IMG/VR virus record: IMGVR_UViG_3300046331_000190
Strand: one strand, 5' to 3'
DNA: 64,000 bases
From: an uncultured virus (IMG/VR IMGVR_UViG_3300046331_000190)
Taxonomy: Duplodnaviria > Heunggongvirae > Uroviricota > Caudoviricetes
Shown: piece by piece, positions 8,781 to 18,503 of the stretch
How positions within the stretch are numbered: position 1 is the first letter of the stretch
Layout of the letters: every line of letters begins with the position of its first letter
Translations under genes and position numbers: made by a program
Notes under the pieces: generated by a model
What the model saw: only the letters and a program-made list of their open reading frames with translations
What the model was told of the DNA's origin: nothing
Databases searched by the model: none

Positions 8781-9479
8781 ATGAAAAAACAACAAGCGTT
8801 TGAACTTCTCTCAGAAGCAGAGAAGATTACAAGAGCAAGACAATGGTGTGAAGCTGAAATATCAGAAGGAAGAGACGTAGTAATAGAGTGGGATGGAGGT
8901 AATGATTCAGGTTGTGTTACCTGGAGAGGTGATTCAAGTGAGAATGAGATTACTGACTTTTTAGTTGATTCTGTATATGATGAACTTGATTATGGTTCAT
9001 GGGCAGGAGAGTACTCTGCATCAGGTCGTATGGAGTATGATTCAGATCAGCAAGCACTTGTTGGCACTGATTATTACGCTGAAGATGAGTACTTGGATCT
9101 TGATAAGAAAGCTGTATTACATATACCAAAAAAATATTACTTTGATCAGATTAGTTATCAAGTTACTGATTATGATAGTAGTGGTGATTGCAGTGTTGAG
9201 TTTACGGTTAATGTAACACAAGGCTTTATTGATCCAGAACTAGAGGAGTATCTAAAACTACAAGCTGATCTAATAAAAGATTATATTGATGATCAAGTTA
9301 AATCATTAGATCTTGGTGATAGAGAATACTTAGGTATTGATAACTCTGAAAGCATTAGCTATGATAGATTAGAGGTTGATGGTGATAACTTAACACTTGA
9401 ACTTGATATCTATACTAGAGTAGAAAGTTGCGAAGAAAAAGAAGTAGTGTTAAACTTAAAAGATGAAGATGATGAGTAA
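8781..9479 (+). CDS. Acidic DUF6878-like protein
   Basis: VIEWDGGNDSG and YGSWAGEYSASG motifs; near the DUF6915-like gene; likely start ATG 8781. Confidence 0.55.
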   Translation: MKKQQAFELLSEAEKITRARQWCEAEISEGRDVVIEWDGGNDSGCVTWRGDSSENEITDFLVDSVYDELDYGSWAGEYSASGRMEYDSDQQALVGTDYYAEDEYLDLDKKAVLHIPKKYYFDQISYQVTDYDSSGDCSVEFTVNVTQGFIDPELEEYLKLQADLIKDYIDDQVKSLDLGDREYLGIDNSESISYDRLEVDGDNLTLELDIYTRVESCEEKEVVLNLKDEDDE

Positions 9480-10227
9480 GATAAAGTATGAAGATTTAGA
9501 GTATACGGTATCAGCATACCGTAACTTTACATTAACTGAAGCATTACGTCTTTGGAAAAGTAAGTATCCTGAGTTTGTTGACTTCAAAAAGGATGTTATA
9601 AAGCATGAATCACAACAAGATTTTGGTAACTTTGTACAAGAAGTATGGGATACTATTGTTTCTGTAACTGTTGACGAAGCGTTCAAAGAAACTAACCTTG
9701 AAAGACGCCGTGTATTCTTTGATTGTATTGGTATACGTCGTATATTCAGTGAGTTAAATCCTGAGATGCTTGATCGCCAAGTTATTACAAAGAAGCGTAC
9801 AAAGTGGGATGATGATAATAATCAAGAGGAGTACATATTTGAAGATGTGTATGAGCTTTATAAGATTCCTGTTCAGAAAATAAATCCTGATAAAATAGAA
9901 GCAGATGTATCAGTTAGTTGGACAACAAGAAGACTATTCCAAGATAACGATATCTATGCAGTTAGATGTTGGTGTACAACAACTAATCGTGAATATTGGA
10001 TATATGTACCAAGAGATGCTTGCAATGTTGCAGAAGATTTCAAACTGTTTATACCAGACGCTATAAAAGCTATTGCTTGGACTATACGGATCAATATTGA
10101 TAAACCTGAACGAATCTATCGTCAAGGTGATATCATCGTTGTAAAGGTAGGAGAAGAGTCTAAAAGAACATGGCCTAGACATCTAACAAAAGATCAGTAC
10201 TTAGAATTAATGTATTCAGAAACATAG
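9472..10227 (+). CDS. DUF6745-like protein
   Basis: NLERRRV..DCIG, VRCWCTTTNREYWIYVP, AIAWT and C-terminal YRQGD motifs. Confidence 0.6.
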   Translation: MSKIKYEDLEYTVSAYRNFTLTEALRLWKSKYPEFVDFKKDVIKHESQQDFGNFVQEVWDTIVSVTVDEAFKETNLERRRVFFDCIGIRRIFSELNPEMLDRQVITKKRTKWDDDNNQEEYIFEDVYELYKIPVQKINPDKIEADVSVSWTTRRLFQDNDIYAVRCWCTTTNREYWIYVPRDACNVAEDFKLFIPDAIKAIAWTIRINIDKPERIYRQGDIIVVKVGEESKRTWPRHLTKDQYLELMYSET

Positions 10228-10245
10228 TATTAAACAAACCCAGTT

Positions 10246-10497
10246 ATGGAAAAGAAAAAAGCAAAACGCTTAGTCCTAGGCGAAGGAGAAATCGTAGGAC
10301 ACAAACATATCTTGACCTCTGAGTCTGATATAGAATACTTAGATAACGATACTAGCTTAGACTTTGAACTAAAGTCACTAGGTATACTAACTCATGATGA
10401 GCATGCTCGTATGGTATTTCCTCCAGGACAATACGCTAGCTTTAATCAAGTTGAGTTTGATCCGTTCAGTGGAGAAATAACAAAGGTATATGACTAG
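10246..10497 (+). CDS. Small His-rich cupin-like protein (usual partner of DUF6745)
   Basis: LVLGEGEIVGHKH...LTHDEH...PPGQY...QVEFDP. Confidence 0.65.
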   Translation: MEKKKAKRLVLGEGEIVGHKHILTSESDIEYLDNDTSLDFELKSLGILTHDEHARMVFPPGQYASFNQVEFDPFSGEITKVYD

Positions 10498-11593
10498 AGA
10501 TGAGATTCAAGAAGAAGCTCTAGCTCAAGTAGTTCCAAAGCATCATGCTGGTATCGCAGTTTCAATGGGGGTCGGAAAGACTCTCATTGGATTGCGGTAT
10601 CTTGCTTCTATTGAGAACAAGACATTGTATCCTCATAGAGTGCTTATTGTTGCTCCAAAGGTCAGCATCTTTAAAAGCTGGAAGGACGATGCAGTAAAGT
10701 TTGGACTAGAAGACATGCTAACATCAGCAACGTTTTCTACTTATATCTCTTTATCAAAGCATGATCCAACAAAGTATGATGTTGTTATTCTTGATGAGTG
10801 TCATAGCTTACTATATACACATCAGAAGTTTTTAGCTTTGTATAAAGGTCGTATTCTAGGTTTAACTGGTACACCTCCAAGGTATAAGAAGTCTGAAAAG
10901 TATGTAATGGTCTCTTCTTACTGTCCAATAGTTTATACATACAAGACAGATGATGCAGTTGAGGATAGTATCCTTAATGATTATAGGATATTTGTACACA
11001 AGCTTCCTTTAAGTACAGCAAGTGACATATCAGTAAACATGAAGGGTAAAAACTTCTTTACATCTGAGAATGCATCGTATGCTTACTGGACAAAGAGACT
11101 AGCAACAGCACCGTCAAAGAAGATGGAACAGATATCTGCTGTAATGAGAATGCGAGTAATGATGGACTTTAAAACTAAAGAGCGGTATGCACAATACTTG
11201 CTTAAAGGTATAAAAGATAAGTGTATCATATTCTGTAATACTCAAGAACAAGCAGATCGTCTATGTCCACATTCTTATCACAGTAATAATGAGCACTCTG
11301 ATTTACATCTTGCTGCTTTTGAGAAGGGAAAGATCATGCAGCTTAGCTGTGTTGCACAGTTATCTGAAGGTGTTACTATCCCTGACTTAAAGTGCGGTAT
11401 CATCATGCATGCATTTGGTAATGAGCGTAAGTCTAATCAAAGAATAGGTCGTATGTTACGACTTAATCCTGATGAAACAGCTATCGTTCACATCTTATGC
11501 TATGCAAATACAAAAGATGAAGACTGGGTAGAAGAGGCACTAATGGATTTAGATCCAACTAAAATCACGTATCACACAATCGGAGTATCCTAA
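10490..11593 (+). CDS. Superfamily 2 DExH helicase
   Basis: MGVGKT, LDECH, LTGTP, EGVTIP and QRIGRMLR motifs. Confidence 0.9.
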   Translation: MTRDEIQEEALAQVVPKHHAGIAVSMGVGKTLIGLRYLASIENKTLYPHRVLIVAPKVSIFKSWKDDAVKFGLEDMLTSATFSTYISLSKHDPTKYDVVILDECHSLLYTHQKFLALYKGRILGLTGTPPRYKKSEKYVMVSSYCPIVYTYKTDDAVEDSILNDYRIFVHKLPLSTASDISVNMKGKNFFTSENASYAYWTKRLATAPSKKMEQISAVMRMRVMMDFKTKERYAQYLLKGIKDKCIIFCNTQEQADRLCPHSYHSNNEHSDLHLAAFEKGKIMQLSCVAQLSEGVTIPDLKCGIIMHAFGNERKSNQRIGRMLRLNPDETAIVHILCYANTKDEDWVEEALMDLDPTKITYHTIGVS

Positions 11594-11973
11594 TGAGACT
11601 ATATATAGGCAAAATGATTAAGAAAGGTGATAGCTTTCAACCATTGACCAACAAAGACAAAGCTTTATACGGACAGTTTAAAGACAGTGTTCCTGATGGG
11701 TCAATGATTGAGATCACCATGCAAGTATATGATCCTAATGCTACCTTAGCACAGATCAGTAAGATCCATGCAATGTTAAGAGAGCTTGCCAATCATGGCG
11801 GTCATACCATTGATGAGATGAAATACTACGTTAAAGACAGAGCTGGTCTAATTATAAAGACTGATGGACAACACATTGTCAAAAGCTTTGGCGATTGTAG
11901 TAGAGTTGAACTTAGTGATGTTATCCAAGCAGCTATTGCGCTTGGGGAGCAGATGGGCTGTCCTGTTCACTAA
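11593..11973 (+). CDS. Hypothetical protein, possibly NinB/YbcN-like
   Basis: AQISKIHAMLRELA..GHT.DEMK...KSFGDCS pattern. Confidence 0.5.
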   Translation: MRLYIGKMIKKGDSFQPLTNKDKALYGQFKDSVPDGSMIEITMQVYDPNATLAQISKIHAMLRELANHGGHTIDEMKYYVKDRAGLIIKTDGQHIVKSFGDCSRVELSDVIQAAIALGEQMGCPVH

Positions 11974-12235
11974 GATCAGAGTATGTTACTAGATTCTTCT
12001 CGACAGCAACTTCCTCAATATGTTTAACTAGAACTGCAATACTTACATAGGCAGCCATCCAAGGCTCATCGTTGTATGTATTCTCTTCTATTGCTTTGTT
12101 TAAAGCAGCTATTTGCTCTGGACCCTTATCACTAAGCATAAAGCCCATAGTAGTGAATAGCTGTTGAACAAAACCTGTGCCTATACTAATAGGAACTTCA
12201 GTGTTTGGAGGAAGAACGGGAATACCCTTTGACAT
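11933..12235 (-). CDS. Hypothetical protein (isolated antisense gene)
   Basis: 100-aa ORF with its own TATCTTTG box upstream. Confidence 0.65.
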   Translation of the reverse strand: MSKGIPVLPPNTEVPISIGTGFVQQLFTTMGFMLSDKGPEQIAALNKAIEENTYNDEPWMAAYVSIAVLVKHIEEVAVEKNLVTYSDLSEQDSPSAPQAQ

Positions 12236-12252
12236 AGTATTATATTTTTTTA

Positions 12253-12260
12253 CAAAGATA
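12253..12260 (-). promoter_or_regulatory. Bacteroidota -7 promoter box
   Basis: TATCTTTG on the minus strand, about 18 nt upstream of ATG 12235. Confidence 0.55.
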
Positions 12261-12269
12261 ACAAGATTT

Positions 12270-12992
12270 ATGAGTTCACAAACAGTTGATCTGAAAGAGA
12301 TTCAAGAGAAGTTGATAGACAAACTAAGAGACTCAGGATGGGCAGATAAGCTAAAAAGCTTTCTAATGTCTAGTGAGTTCAGTGAAGTACTAAAAACACT
12401 TCACTCAATGAAGGATGATGGTAAACGTTTTACTCCTCCTTTAAAGCATGTCTTCTCTGCTTTTGAAGAATGTCCATATCGAGACCTTAAGGTTGTCGTT
12501 ATAGGACAAGATCCATATCCACAATTAGGTGTGGCAGATGGTAAAGCATTCTCTTGCTCAATAACAAAAGAGTTACAACCAAGTCTTAAGTACATCTTTG
12601 ATGCTATTGAAAAGACTGTACATCAAGAGTTTCCAACGTACCAAGATCCAGATCTAACCCGTTGGTCAAATCAAGGCGTATTGTTACTTAATACGGCGTT
12701 AACCACAGAAGTGGGAAAGATTGGTAGTCACTATAACGTGTGGCTAAAGTTTATAGTATATGTAGTTGATATGCTTTCATGGTATAACCCTGGTTTAATC
12801 TGGGTATTCATGGGTAAGCAAGCACAAGAGTTAGAGTCTCTTGTTAGTAGTAATCATTATAAGTTTTTAATCTCGCATCCTGCATCAGCTGGTTATCAAG
12901 GATCAAAAGAGTGGGACTGTGAAGATGTGTTTAATAAAGTTAATGAGATTATTGCAGCCAATAACGGCAAGGATCAAACAATTAAATGGTAA
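12270..12992 (+). CDS. ung: Uracil-DNA glycosylase, family 1
   Basis: VVIGQDPYP, PSL, QGVLLLNTALT and HPAS motifs; likely start ATG 12270. Confidence 0.92.
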   Translation: MSSQTVDLKEIQEKLIDKLRDSGWADKLKSFLMSSEFSEVLKTLHSMKDDGKRFTPPLKHVFSAFEECPYRDLKVVVIGQDPYPQLGVADGKAFSCSITKELQPSLKYIFDAIEKTVHQEFPTYQDPDLTRWSNQGVLLLNTALTTEVGKIGSHYNVWLKFIVYVVDMLSWYNPGLIWVFMGKQAQELESLVSSNHYKFLISHPASAGYQGSKEWDCEDVFNKVNEIIAANNGKDQTIKW

Positions 12993-12993
12993 T

Positions 12994-13341
12994 ATGAAAA
13001 AAGTAGAATTACATATCAGTACCTTAATCGAGGCACTAGAAAACGGTTTATCATGGTTTAAATCAGATGACCAGGGTTTTGGATCTATCCAAGAAACATA
13101 TGATGCAACAGATTTTGAGATCACAATGATCATGAAGCATCCAAAGCTTAAAGATCTTGAGCCTAACTTCTTAAGATTTACCTTAGTTGATGACCTTCAA
13201 GAAGAAAGCATCTCTCTTGTAAAAGAGAAGCGTCAACGCAAACCAAAAGAGTTTGATGTAGCTCAGAACATTACACAATCTGATATGTTTCAAGTTGAAG
13301 AAACATCTCGAGAAGAGTTAAATGCATTCATTCATATCTAA
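12994..13341 (+). CDS. Hypothetical protein
   Basis: Likely start ATG 12994; precedes the AAA/VWA pair. Confidence 0.6.
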   Translation: MKKVELHISTLIEALENGLSWFKSDDQGFGSIQETYDATDFEITMIMKHPKLKDLEPNFLRFTLVDDLQEESISLVKEKRQRKPKEFDVAQNITQSDMFQVEETSREELNAFIHI

Positions 13342-13353
13342 TAATAAAAACTA

Positions 13354-14571
13354 ATGTCAACAGTAAAAGCAAAGTCACTAGCAAAAGTAAAAACTCAAGA
13401 AGTACGTAAAATCACTACTTCTTTAATGAACAAAGAAGAAGTGTTCAAGACTCTAGCATTAGCAGAGTCAGCTCAGTTACCAGTATTATTAGAGGGTCGT
13501 CCTGGTGTTGGTAAAACCAAGACTGTAGTCGAGTATGCAAAAGCATGGTTGATCGAGAATAACTTAGCAACTGCTGAGAACTTCATGTCAAAGATCTATA
13601 TCTTAGAGACTGACGAAGGTACTAAGCAATCAGAAGTGAAGGGTATGCCAGACTTAGAAGCGTTGTTTACAAACAATAAGTATGAACTTAATGCTCCTAT
13701 CACTGAAGCTGAGATCATTATTATTAACGAGGTAGATAAGGCTAGTTCTGGTATCCGTAACTCTTTGTTGGGTATTATGAACGAGCGTTTCTTATTTAAC
13801 GGTAAAAACAAAGTACCATGTAAGTGGAAGTTGTTTGTTGCAACTTGTAATGAGATTCCAAAAGACGAGATTAACTCACCTTTCTGGGACCGTTTCATGA
13901 TCAAGATGCAAGTATCTCGTATCTCTGCGGGTGATATGGTTAAGTATCACAGCAAAGGTGGTAAAGACTATGTGCAGAACATCAGTCTTAACATTCCAAA
14001 CTCACAAGAGTTAAAGGATGTTGTGTTATCACCAAGTCGTATCGAGAAGTTCATCGAGGTGTCTTATGACAAGACTACTGACCGTACTTTAACCTTTGTC
14101 CCTAGACTTGCAGCAGGTATTCATTATATCTGGGACGTTAGTCTTGACAAAGCTTTAGTTAAGTTAGCTGAGATGATGGTTGATAAAGCAGCTAGTACTC
14201 GTCTTAATGACATGCTTACATCAATGGAGATGAAGATTATCATGTCTAAGATCGATATGCTTAAGTCTTATCATGATCAAACTAGTTTATCTCTTGCTGT
14301 AAAAGAGATCGAAGATCTAACAGCGACCTATATCTCAAACGGTAAACTTGCAGATGATGATGCTCAAACTATCGATGCTACAATGACTATTGTACTTGAG
14401 AACCACGTACTTGCAAATCAAGATGAAGCAGAAGAGGAGTTAGCATCAGAAATCTTAAGTGAGATTGAAGGAGATATGAGTGAGTCAAGCATGCCTTTAT
14501 CTGGTACTATTCAATACAGTACTTACACAACGTCTACAGCACCTGCAGATGCTAATGTAGATCCATTCTAA
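13354..14571 (+). CDS. MoxR/RavA-family AAA+ ATPase
   Basis: GRPGVGKT Walker A; IIINEVDKA Walker B variant; RNSLLGIMNER; ATCNE; FWDRF. Confidence 0.85.
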   Translation: MSTVKAKSLAKVKTQEVRKITTSLMNKEEVFKTLALAESAQLPVLLEGRPGVGKTKTVVEYAKAWLIENNLATAENFMSKIYILETDEGTKQSEVKGMPDLEALFTNNKYELNAPITEAEIIIINEVDKASSGIRNSLLGIMNERFLFNGKNKVPCKWKLFVATCNEIPKDEINSPFWDRFMIKMQVSRISAGDMVKYHSKGGKDYVQNISLNIPNSQELKDVVLSPSRIEKFIEVSYDKTTDRTLTFVPRLAAGIHYIWDVSLDKALVKLAEMMVDKAASTRLNDMLTSMEMKIIMSKIDMLKSYHDQTSLSLAVKEIEDLTATYISNGKLADDDAQTIDATMTIVLENHVLANQDEAEEELASEILSEIEGDMSESSMPLSGTIQYSTYTTSTAPADANVDPF

Positions 14572-14584
14572 ATAAGAGAAAGCC

Positions 14585-16138
14585 ATGGCTAAGAAACAGT
14601 ATAAAAACGTGTTTACAATCATGGAGAAAGTAAAGAAGGGGGAGCTAGATTTTTCTGGCTCTTCCCGATTTACGAGTATCATTGGTTCGTATAAAAAACC
14701 TGAGTTAGTAGAGCCATATATTCACTATATAGATGCTCATCGATTAAATGAGTTTGTAAAGAAGGCTTTTATCCCTGGGTATACAGCTGGTGGAAGTAAT
14801 CATAATAGCCTTACACAAACGGCAGAGAAAATTGTCAAGATGAAAGGGCGTGAACAATGGCACTTTTCAGTTGATGAGATGACTGAAGCGTACCAATCCA
14901 TACCTTCGTCACTAAAGAACGATATCTTTAATATGTTTAACAAACCTATTGATAAGATTGACTTCAAAGCTCGTAATGATAAGAATCAAATGCGTTACAA
15001 GCTTCTTGAGTTAGCAAATGATCCAAGCTTAAAGATCTTAACTGAAGGTTCTAATGTTAAGTCTGGTATGTTTACTCAGAGTATGATGACATACCTTACT
15101 TACTTTATGTTAAGACTAAAGAAGCAAGATCCTGATGCTCATGAAGAGATGAAAAACCAGATGAATCAATCAGATGGTGACAGTGATGATAACCACGATG
15201 GAGAGCAAGATGATCAAGCTCAAGGTCAAAGTGGTTCTGGTAAGGGTTCTGGAAAGGATCAGAAGAAGATGGAAAAAGCTATCGAAAAAGCTCTTAAACA
15301 AACCAGAGATCAGTTAGAGAAAGAGATGCAAGATGCGGCTCAAAATATTAATGAACTAACTGAGAATATTGGTGAAGAAGAGCTTGAAGAATCTTGGAAT
15401 AAAAGTACTGGTATTGCTAGTATGACTAAGCATGAGATAGATCGAGCTATCGAGTCTCTAAAGAAAATCAAGATGAATGATTCTGTGCTAAAGAACAACA
15501 TCAAGATGATCTTAGATAAGTCAAAGAATTATTTCTCAGGGCAAGAACGCATTACACATGAGTCTTTGTTCGAGTCAGGTAACTTTGATGGCTTAGAAGA
15601 ATATGCAATGCTCCATCCAAAACTTAGAAACATATTCCCAGAGGATATTACAACAAGAAATGTTGAGCGTAAAGGTAAGATTAACCTTTATATCGATATA
15701 TCTGGTTCGATGTCTGAAGGATGTGGCGTTAAAGATCTTGATGGTAGAGGGTTAAGCAAGCTTGAGTTTGCAAAAGCGATTGCTCTTGTAATGAAAAAGA
15801 ATAACATGCTTAATAAACTTTATTCTTTTAACCAAGATGTTCATGCTCTAAAAACAACAGACTTTGCTATTGCCTCTTTGGATGATATGGGTGGTACAAG
15901 TATTACAAAAGTAGTAAACCATATCATTAAATCACAAGAGAATAGCTTGATACTCACTGACGCAGAAGATCGCTGTAGTGTCTATACAGATAAAGCTTTT
16001 TTCTTGGGGGTTAAAGGTAGTATGTTTAACTACTTTAGAGATGATGTGCTAGAGCAGTATCATGCTAAACAAATGTCTGTATTTGATGGTAACAAAATCT
16101 TATCAGTAGATGAAAGAGGTTACGTAGTTAAAGATTAA
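14585..16138 (+). CDS. VWA-domain protein (ViaA/CoxE-like partner of the AAA+ ATPase)
   Basis: C-terminal MIDAS motif YIDISGSM...GGT...ILTDAED; central acidic/Gly linker. Confidence 0.85.
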   Translation: MAKKQYKNVFTIMEKVKKGELDFSGSSRFTSIIGSYKKPELVEPYIHYIDAHRLNEFVKKAFIPGYTAGGSNHNSLTQTAEKIVKMKGREQWHFSVDEMTEAYQSIPSSLKNDIFNMFNKPIDKIDFKARNDKNQMRYKLLELANDPSLKILTEGSNVKSGMFTQSMMTYLTYFMLRLKKQDPDAHEEMKNQMNQSDGDSDDNHDGEQDDQAQGQSGSGKGSGKDQKKMEKAIEKALKQTRDQLEKEMQDAAQNINELTENIGEEELEESWNKSTGIASMTKHEIDRAIESLKKIKMNDSVLKNNIKMILDKSKNYFSGQERITHESLFESGNFDGLEEYAMLHPKLRNIFPEDITTRNVERKGKINLYIDISGSMSEGCGVKDLDGRGLSKLEFAKAIALVMKKNNMLNKLYSFNQDVHALKTTDFAIASLDDMGGTSITKVVNHIIKSQENSLILTDAEDRCSVYTDKAFFLGVKGSMFNYFRDDVLEQYHAKQMSVFDGNKILSVDERGYVVKD

Positions 16139-17426
16139 GCTTTGTACCAATCATAAACATATAACTGTTAGGTCTAATGCTCTGCTCACTAAAAGCAAGT
16201 GTTAGACCGCAGTTAAGTTTAAAACGTTTGGTTAGATTAAGATCAAAACTAGATCCTGTCATGGCATTGAATACTGGTGTTACAGTAACGCCTGTCTCTG
16301 AAGCAACAACTGGAAAAGCTGATGCTGTAATTGTTGGAGCTATCGATACTCTTTTACTAAGTACGATAGGTTTACTATAGAACATAAGTAAGCTACTACT
16401 TACTGTGTTCATTGCGTAACTGATTGTCTCGTTTATACCAAAGATACCCTTATTATTCTTTAAAGGTTTGATATAAGCAGCAGTAGCAAATGCTACATAG
16501 TTTCCTGATAAGTAAACTCCTGTAATACCATAGTTTGTTATATGAGATAGCTGACCTTTTGCAAAGTTCATCTTTGTATATCTACCAGATAAAGCAAACT
16601 GATTAAAAGTAGACCAGATCATACTGGTAACACCCCATGAGTCTGCTCCAGTCATTGAAGACTGAGACATACCAACAGATATTATCTGAGAAAAACTATT
16701 ATCATCAGATAATAGAGAAGTAAGATCAGAGTTATATAAGATAGGATTAACACGGGCACTGGATTTGGTAGAGCTCTTACTGCTTTTCTTATCTTCACTT
16801 TTTTTCTCAGACTTTGACTCACTCTTGCTTTCTTCTTTGCTTTCTGACTTTGACTCATTACTTGATTCGCTTTTGGTTTCACTCTTTGTTTCAGAAGATG
16901 AGCTTGAACTACTACTTTCTGAAGAACTAGATGATGAACTAGATGATGATGAACTACTAGTACTTGTTGCACTTGGTGCTGGAGTACTACTTGCTGCAGA
17001 AGATGCAGCTGCGGATGCAGCAGAACTAGCTGTTGATGTAGCAGCTGACGTTGCAGAACTTGTTGCTGCAGATGTTGCAGCGGCAGTAGCAGCAGCGGTT
17101 GCACTTGCAGTCGCTTGATTAACTGCTGCACTAACTGCAGTATTAACTGTCTGTGTAACTACTTGATTAACTACTTGTTGTGTTTCAGGGCATGGGTATG
17201 CTGTTGTTAACATATTCAACCATGCTGTTAAAGCACCAGTAGTTATATCGTTTGCTGTAACTACTTTGTATTGACCTCTATAAACAACTGTAACTGACCC
17301 ACTTGCGATAGGTACAGTTACCGTTAATACTTTTCCTGAACAAGGATCAACATATGTTTGTGACAACACTTGAGCATTACTCGTGTTCCACAATAATAAC
17401 AAGATGATAATCCCTAACCATTTCAC
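16128..17426 (-). CDS. Secreted protein with Ala/Ser-rich linker and probable C-terminal outer-membrane beta-barrel
   Basis: Signal peptide (GTG start), poly-Ser and ESK repeats, amphipathic strands ending YMFMIGTKLNL. Confidence 0.65.
   Translation of the reverse strand: MKWLGIIILLLLWNTSNAQVLSQTYVDPCSGKVLTVTVPIASGSVTVVYRGQYKVVTANDITTGALTAWLNMLTTAYPCPETQQVVNQVVTQTVNTAVSAAVNQATASATAAATAAATSAATSSATSAATSTASSAASAAASSAASSTPAPSATSTSSSSSSSSSSSSSESSSSSSSSETKSETKSESSNESKSESKEESKSESKSEKKSEDKKSSKSSTKSSARVNPILYNSDLTSLLSDDNSFSQIISVGMSQSSMTGADSWGVTSMIWSTFNQFALSGRYTKMNFAKGQLSHITNYGITGVYLSGNYVAFATAAYIKPLKNNKGIFGINETISYAMNTVSSSLLMFYSKPIVLSKRVSIAPTITASAFPVVASETGVTVTPVFNAMTGSSFDLNLTKRFKLNCGLTLAFSEQSIRPNSYMFMIGTKLNL
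16780..17135 (-). repeat. Low-complexity Ala/Ser/Thr and (S)ESK coding repeats
   Basis: ATASATAAATAAATSAA, poly-S and SESK/EESK runs. Confidence 0.8.
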
Positions 17427-17764
17427 TACTTCGGTTCAATCTTTATAGTTGAATCAACAGAAACTTGAAAACGCTTTAACTTAAGCATCTCATCTTGATA
17501 GTCCCATTTGGCTTCAAGAGCTTTAATCTTTTGACGTGCCTTAATCTTTGTACGTACTTTAAGAATCCTACCCTCAAGCTTTGAAAGCTTTACATAACGC
17601 TTTGCAGGGTCAGTCTCAGTCAGCTTAACAATCTCCATCTGATGTTCTAGATTAGAGATGCGTGTTTGATACATTGGTATCTTGGCACCTTCGTATATCT
17701 TATACGCAGGATAAATACTAGCAGCAATAGCAATACTAGCAGCAATGATTAGTTTTTCTAACAT
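17426..17764 (-). CDS. Signal-anchored basic coiled-coil protein
   Basis: Hydrophobic N-terminus; its TAG overlaps the GTG start of the next gene. Confidence 0.6.
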   Translation of the reverse strand: MLEKLIIAASIAIAASIYPAYKIYEGAKIPMYQTRISNLEHQMEIVKLTETDPAKRYVKLSKLEGRILKVRTKIKARQKIKALEAKWDYQDEMLKLKRFQVSVDSTIKIEPK

Positions 17765-17771
17765 GGTTGGT

Positions 17772-18503
17772 TTATTTAGTGAAAATCTTTTTCTTAATCA
17801 TCCGTACCACAATCTTACTAGCAGCGTTTTCAAGCGCTTTCTTAGTCGTTGTACCAATCGTGGATTGATTAAACTTAATATCAGCAAAGTTAGCATCGTT
17901 CATTAGTGTTGCTTCCCTAACAGTCTTAGCTTCTCCCATTCCTGAGCCTGTAAAATACTCTCCTGTCTCAGCGTTAACAAACTTAACCTGTAAACCCATG
18001 CGAGTTACAACTGTCTGTTTTACACCGTCTTTCAAAGATAATGATTCATCTTCAGAAACGGAAAAATCATAGACCTCAATATAAACAAAATACTGAGCAA
18101 GCTTAATCTTGCCTCTACCATCTAGCTTATTTTCTGTGATACCAGACTGTGAAGCTTGAAACTGCTTTACCATTCTATTCTTTATCTCAGCTTTATCTTC
18201 TGTAAAAGTAAAACGATTTGTTTCCTCAAGGTATTCAACAACAATGTTTGTAACACCAAGACCAACACGTTTATCTTTTAACTCAGGATAAGCAGCATAA
18301 ACATCTTCGTTTATACCTAAAGATAGTAACTGTATAGGAATCTTTGGACCTTCATAGTCCATTAAAGAATCTATGTTTATCTTCTTCTCAAAAGATGCAG
18401 TATAAGACTCTGTTCTTGTTGCTGCTATCTGTGCTTGTGTCTTATGACTGAAAGCTAGAAAGAATATAAAACAAGCACTTAAGAATACGCTTAACTTTTT
18501 CAT
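17772..18503 (-). CDS. CsgG/HfaB-like secreted protein
   Basis: Signal peptide; RVGLGVTNIVVEYLEETNRF; QVKFVNAETGE..GSG.GEA; terminal helix TKKALENA. Confidence 0.7.
   Translation of the reverse strand: MKKLSVFLSACFIFFLAFSHKTQAQIAATRTESYTASFEKKINIDSLMDYEGPKIPIQLLSLGINEDVYAAYPELKDKRVGLGVTNIVVEYLEETNRFTFTEDKAEIKNRMVKQFQASQSGITENKLDGRGKIKLAQYFVYIEVYDFSVSEDESLSLKDGVKQTVVTRMGLQVKFVNAETGEYFTGSGMGEAKTVREATLMNDANFADIKFNQSTIGTTTKKALENAASKIVVRMIKKKIFTK

Noticed and set aside
16682..17131. Alternative-frame ORFs (Gln/Leu/His-rich 149 aa; Ala/Leu-rich 117 aa)
   Set aside because: Shadows of the Ser/Ala low-complexity linker in the 432-aa gene
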